Below are positions 59,421-64,000 of a DNA stretch of 64,000 nt, piece after piece (the first letter of the stretch is position 1; each line of letters starts with the position of its first letter). The position numbers and the translations under genes are program-made. Source of the DNA: Podarcis liolepis (Eukaryota); assembly GCA_965112155.1 (NCBI GenBank), contig OZ218107.1; one strand, given 5' to 3'. The notes beneath the pieces are model-generated. The model was given only the letters and a program-made list of their open reading frames with translations. It had not been told where the DNA came from and made no database searches.

Positions 59421-62400
59421 GCATATAGGATTTGAAAGGAGAGCCATTATCATTGCTGAAATGTAAGTGCCTGTGCATCAAGTAAATGACTGAAGGATGA
59501 GAGAATATTACAGGAAGAGAGAAGAAGAAGAATCTATAAAGTAGTATTGGTGGTCTTAGAAGATGTGAAATGCTGGATGCAATATTTTCTTTCCCCTTTT
59601 ATATCCTTGTTTAGCTTTCTTTGTTGAGTGCTCTGACTGGGAAGACATTCTGACTGAATAGCCTGTTTCTTTCTTACTAGCTGTAGCTCCTGCTGTTGCT
59701 TCTATCTACAGCCCACTTTGCCATTGTGACAGAGTGTGGTTAAGAAAGAGAACAGACAACAGGAGATGCAGGAAAACAAGATGTTTCGGGTTCTCTTTTA
59801 AGCTTGCAAAAGAGCTATTTCTAAACCTTACAAGCCTCTCCCTGGTTTTTTATTCTTGCGGGCCCTTTTATTGTTAATACTGCTATCCCTGCGTTTGGCA
59901 AACAAAGGCAAATGTTCCTACTGCTCAATGTCTGTGTCAGAAATCTTGCGCCACATGTGCCACTGATCTATTTTGCTCCTCTACGTGCATCATTCTTAGA
60001 GAGAAAGCTGCAGCTCAGGCTGAATGGCTATTAAAAGGGGAAATTCTAAATCTGGACAAGATTGGAGGAGGAGAAGGAGGAGGAGGAGGAGAAGGATAGA
60101 ATTAAAAGAAAATACTTGGTTCTGATTGAAATTTTCCCCACAGTTTGACATACTTAAATTCCAGAGTGGGTTTTTCCCCCCTTGAATCTATTTTTTATGT
60201 GTGATACTCAAATCACATACCAGTATCTGTAAGTTTTGTTTAGGTCAAATCTTTAGCAGAGTTTGTCTTCATTAAGCAATTTCTTGGTCTGCTTTCTGTT
60301 GCTATGAGTTTGTATGAAAGAAGTTTCAGTAATGTAAAAACGGAATGGAGTATAGTTGTATGAGAGTTTCACAGAGGTTAACTGGTCCATCTTCAATTCA
60401 GACCCTTAGGTGTGAGTGGTTAAAGGCTCTATAGCTGGTACAGACTGTTTTTGTTAACTCTTTATGCTTGGAATGCATACCTGTCTTTATCTCCACCAGG
60501 CCTGTCATTACCACTGGCCACCCTTGGACACCTGCCAGGGTCCGGTCCCTGTGATTCCTGCTGAGCTTCAACTCTGGATACTCAGCAACTATGACCGCCA
60601 TCTTTCTTTTCTCTAATTGGAATGGCCTGGGAGGTCCTTTGTTTTGGCCACTGTTGTACACATATGCCAGGGTTCGGGAGACCCTACAGAGAAGTTTTTG
60701 CAAGATTGGGGGGCTGCAGGGGAAAGAAAGAATTACCAAATATTCCCCCGTCCCTGTTATGTAGATGAATGCCTTCCATCACTGAAGCAATACTAATTGA
60801 ATTCAAGCACACATCTGCTTTTTAAAACATCCAACACCCAGCACTGTGTGAAGGGAGCCTAATTTTTCATCAGGACCACAATTCTGTAGGGAGAAGAGGT
60901 TTAACCATTCTCTCCCCAGCCATAATTGTGATGTAAACCAACATTATTTGCATGCTGAAATTAGCATTACAATGGCACTTTTAGCTAATGTTCATGCGGT
61001 GCAGTGGGGAATTTATGGCTGGGAGGAGAATTGTGGCTAGTGTGGTTAAATCTCACCTCCCTGTGGCCCTGATGAAACAATCCTGCCATACCAAGGCTAT
61101 CTAACTATCTTTCTATATGTGTGCGCTCGTGCTCAAACACAAACACAATCAAACACTAGACCTGGCTGCTGCTAGTTGCACAATTATACTTACTTCAGTT
61201 TTAGTTTTCAGTTCATAAGAGTCATTGTGGTTCCACTGAGCAGGATCATCTTTTGCTTTTATAGAGAAGATAAGCTTTACTTCAGTAGTATGCAAACCCA
61301 GCGTCTTTCTGCTTATTTTCCTGATCAGTGGTGGCAAGGGAAATTGTTACTTTCTTTAACTTGGCCAGATCCTAATGGCGCAACAAATGGAGTGTGACAG
61401 AAGCATGGGAATGCAGATGTAAGAGAGTATAGTACCTGCATCATATTTGTATTTTCTTGAACAAGATTGCAAAAACACCTTTCTCAGGATATCAGAGACA
61501 ACAAAGGTTGAGTTGGGAGTATCTTGTCTCCTTTAATATTCTTGTAAATAGATTCGTGAGCTTCATTGGTCTCAGTCTCTCATTCGTGGGGAGGGAGAGA
61601 ATCAATAATCATTTAAAACTTTAAAGATCAATTAGCTGAGCAAAAAAGGTGTAACAGTAGCTTTCTGCTGCACCTATTGCTTGCTGGTTGATTGGAAAAG
61701 AAATCTAGATAAGAGGGAAGATGGATTTTTTTTTACTGCTTTGCCTTTTTTTTTTTAAACGCTCATGGTTATTAGCAGCAGCTAGGTTTTTACTCTCTCT
61801 CCAAAACAAAACAGTGGCAGGGCTTGATGTATGTCACTTGGCAAGGCATTCCGCAGGGCGGACTTTTATTTTACGGAATTTATATACTGTCCTTCAACAT
61901 CAGTTTTCAGAGTGATTTACAACTGAAATAATATATCAGTACAAATACATAATCAAAGCATAAACAGCAGCAGAAAAACTATGAAAGTGCAAAGCCTCCA
62001 AATGACTTATTTGGTTTGTGATAGTTTCCAGGAGTCAACTGTAGAGCTACCATTTTGTATAGACACTCCCATAATGCTGTGCCTAAGACTTATGTTGTCT
62101 GCATTTTAATTCTTTGTCTACTCCTGCCACGCCACTTTTCAGTTTTGATCAGAAGATTAGACAGAGGGACTAAAGCTGTATTCAGGCATTTTCCTGAGCA
62201 CATAATGGTTAAAAGTGTGGCTGAGGGCAGGGATAAGCCTGCAAGCCTCATTCCAATGTCCCCAAGTTCTTCAGCTGCACCTTTTCACCCCCTGACCTTT
62301 CCTACTCAAGCAGGGAAGGTTTGCATGGGGATTTTACTCATGGTTGCATGAATTCGAGAAACCTGTTTTCAGTTCTAGAGCTTAACCATGGAGCATAGGA

Positions 62401-63106
62401 ACAAAGATTAATGCATTTGCAGACATCCTATTTATCACCCCTGAATCAGACTCTATACATCTGGGTTTAAAGGGCACAGTCTTCCAAGGCAGAGGATGTT
62501 GTGCCTTTCATCTTTGTTGTCTCTGATTTTTTATTAAGCCCTGCATCCAGGGTTAGTGTAGACCCCAGTGCATGACCAAAGCCCCAGTGCAAGCAGTGGA
62601 ACTTAAATAAGTTGTGATTTGCTTGTCCAATTGGTTTCAGTGGGGCACTTGATTAACTTCAGCTACATTGAAATGATGCCATTTGGGATATCAGTGTTCT
62701 GCTCACACCCGTAGAGTGTGGCATGTTTTCTCCCCCCATTTAAACACACATTGCTAGCTCTGGAGAAGTTCAGATGGCTGTAGATGCATTTCTGAACTAA
62801 ATTAAAAATGGAATTTTGAAACGCTTTGAAGCTTTCTCCTCACTACTTACAATAACATGCCAATGAGATACTTGATTAAAGGAAAGCATGGCTAATTTAG
62901 AAATGGTAGTATAAATATGACTTCAGACAGCATATAGATGATCTGTGGGATGTAATGTTCCTTGATGACCTGTTAGAAACCATGGCTGCACTTGCCAAAG
63001 CACAGGGTAATTTAATATCTCTTAATGCTGAAGGTATCTTGAGTTCAATGGGGTTTACTCTACTTCCAAGTTGTGTGTATTTAGGATAACAGTCTGTTAC
63101 TTATGT

Positions 63107-63109
<3 letters not shown>

Positions 63110-63155
<46 letters not shown>
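63110..63155. repeat. (AC)n microsatellite
   Basis: Direct reading. Confidence 0.95.
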
Positions 63156-63157
<2 letters not shown>

Positions 63158-63584
63158 CTAAATCAGGCAAAAGATTGTTAGCTGAAGAAGCTACACCAGT
63201 TACTATCCTCCTGATTTTAATTGTGTTGTGTAGTAAGGCATCAACTTTTTGTGAACTTTTAGTACAACCTTTCCCCATATAATAAATCAGGAATAACATA
63301 ATCATGCCTTGATCAGGAAGACAGAAAAGAATTTTTCGAGAGACTACAGATTCCACAAATTATTGTCAAGTGTGCAGGGTGCTAGATACTTAAAATGCTT
63401 CAAACATGTGGTGGTGGTAGTGATGATGATGATAAAATAATGGAAATGAGGAATTCAGAGGTTGTTGCTTTGTCTCCTCAGCCTGATCTTTGAAAATAGT
63501 GCCTTACAGAGATATCAACATGAGACTACTATCACCCCAATGCTGTATCTTGGTGATAGCCTCCTCCTCCTCCTCAAGAGGTCT

Positions 63585-63905
63585 GGAGGGTGGCAACATG
63601 AGAACAGGCCTTCTCTACAGTGGCTCCCCGTCTATGGAATGCTCTCCCCTGGGAAGTTTGCCTGGTGCCTTCATTATACACCTTTAGGTGCCAGGCAAAA
63701 GCGTTCTTTTTTAACCAGGCCTTTGGTTGATCTTATTGACATCCAACACCCTTTTAGAATACAGCTTTTTTTGGGGGGGGGTTATTGGGTTACTGCTTTT
63801 TGTTTGATTTTGTATGTTGTGGTCTTGTTGTGAACCGCTCTGAGACCTCCGGGTATAGGGCAATTTATAAATTGGATTAACAACAACAACAACAACAACA
63901 ACAAC
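63585..63905 (+). mobile_element. L2 LINE 3' end with (AAC)n tail
   Basis: aggccttctctacagtggctccccgtctatggaatgctctccc (RAFS.VAP.LWNALP motif)...gtgaaccgctctgagacc...(aac)n. Confidence 0.75.
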
Positions 63906-64000
63906 TTTTTGTAAACCACTTTGAAGTTATTTTGTTTTTAGCAATCGAGCAGTATATACATTTTCTTTTGAAAAACCAGAGTACTTTCATAATGTTTTAG

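Larger units (their letters stand above)
8357..64000 (+). other. GRIN2B: GRIN2B intron following the first coding exon (continues beyond the window)
   Basis: GT donor at 8357. No ORF encodes the expected next segment (DESSMFFQFGPSIEQQ...). The region is repeat-rich, and this intron is very long in mammals. Confidence 0.85.

Overview
Eukaryotic DNA from a squamate reptile, most likely a lacertid lizard judging by its SINE and MITE families. The window lies inside the NMDA-receptor gene GRIN2B (+ strand). It holds the first coding exon (7928-8356; ATG at 7946, 137 codons, colinear with human GluN2B residues 1-137), about 8 kb of upstream intron and about 56 kb of downstream intron; the next coding exon is not in the window. 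The other recognisable sequence is transposon-derived: Sauria, Squam3-type, CORE/MIR-type and tRNA-Ile/CR1-tail SINEs; L1, L2, CR1 and RTE/BovB LINE fragments; a Penelope-like element with an open GIY-YIG frame; Gypsy LTRs, a PBS and pol remnants; hAT, Tc1/pogo and Harbinger-like MITEs; and microsatellites. There is one assembly gap (51941-52070). I found no new multi-gene system. The best observations are a minimal type I hammerhead ribozyme in the Penelope terminal repeat, in sense with the GRIN2B pre-mRNA; a 5'-inverted (twin-priming-like) BovB insertion; a coding exon that would form a stop-free endless ORF if back-spliced and is flanked by an inverted MITE pair; and several nested or fold-back transposon structures with readable target-site duplications (TSDs). 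Family names come from pattern recognition, not database searches.
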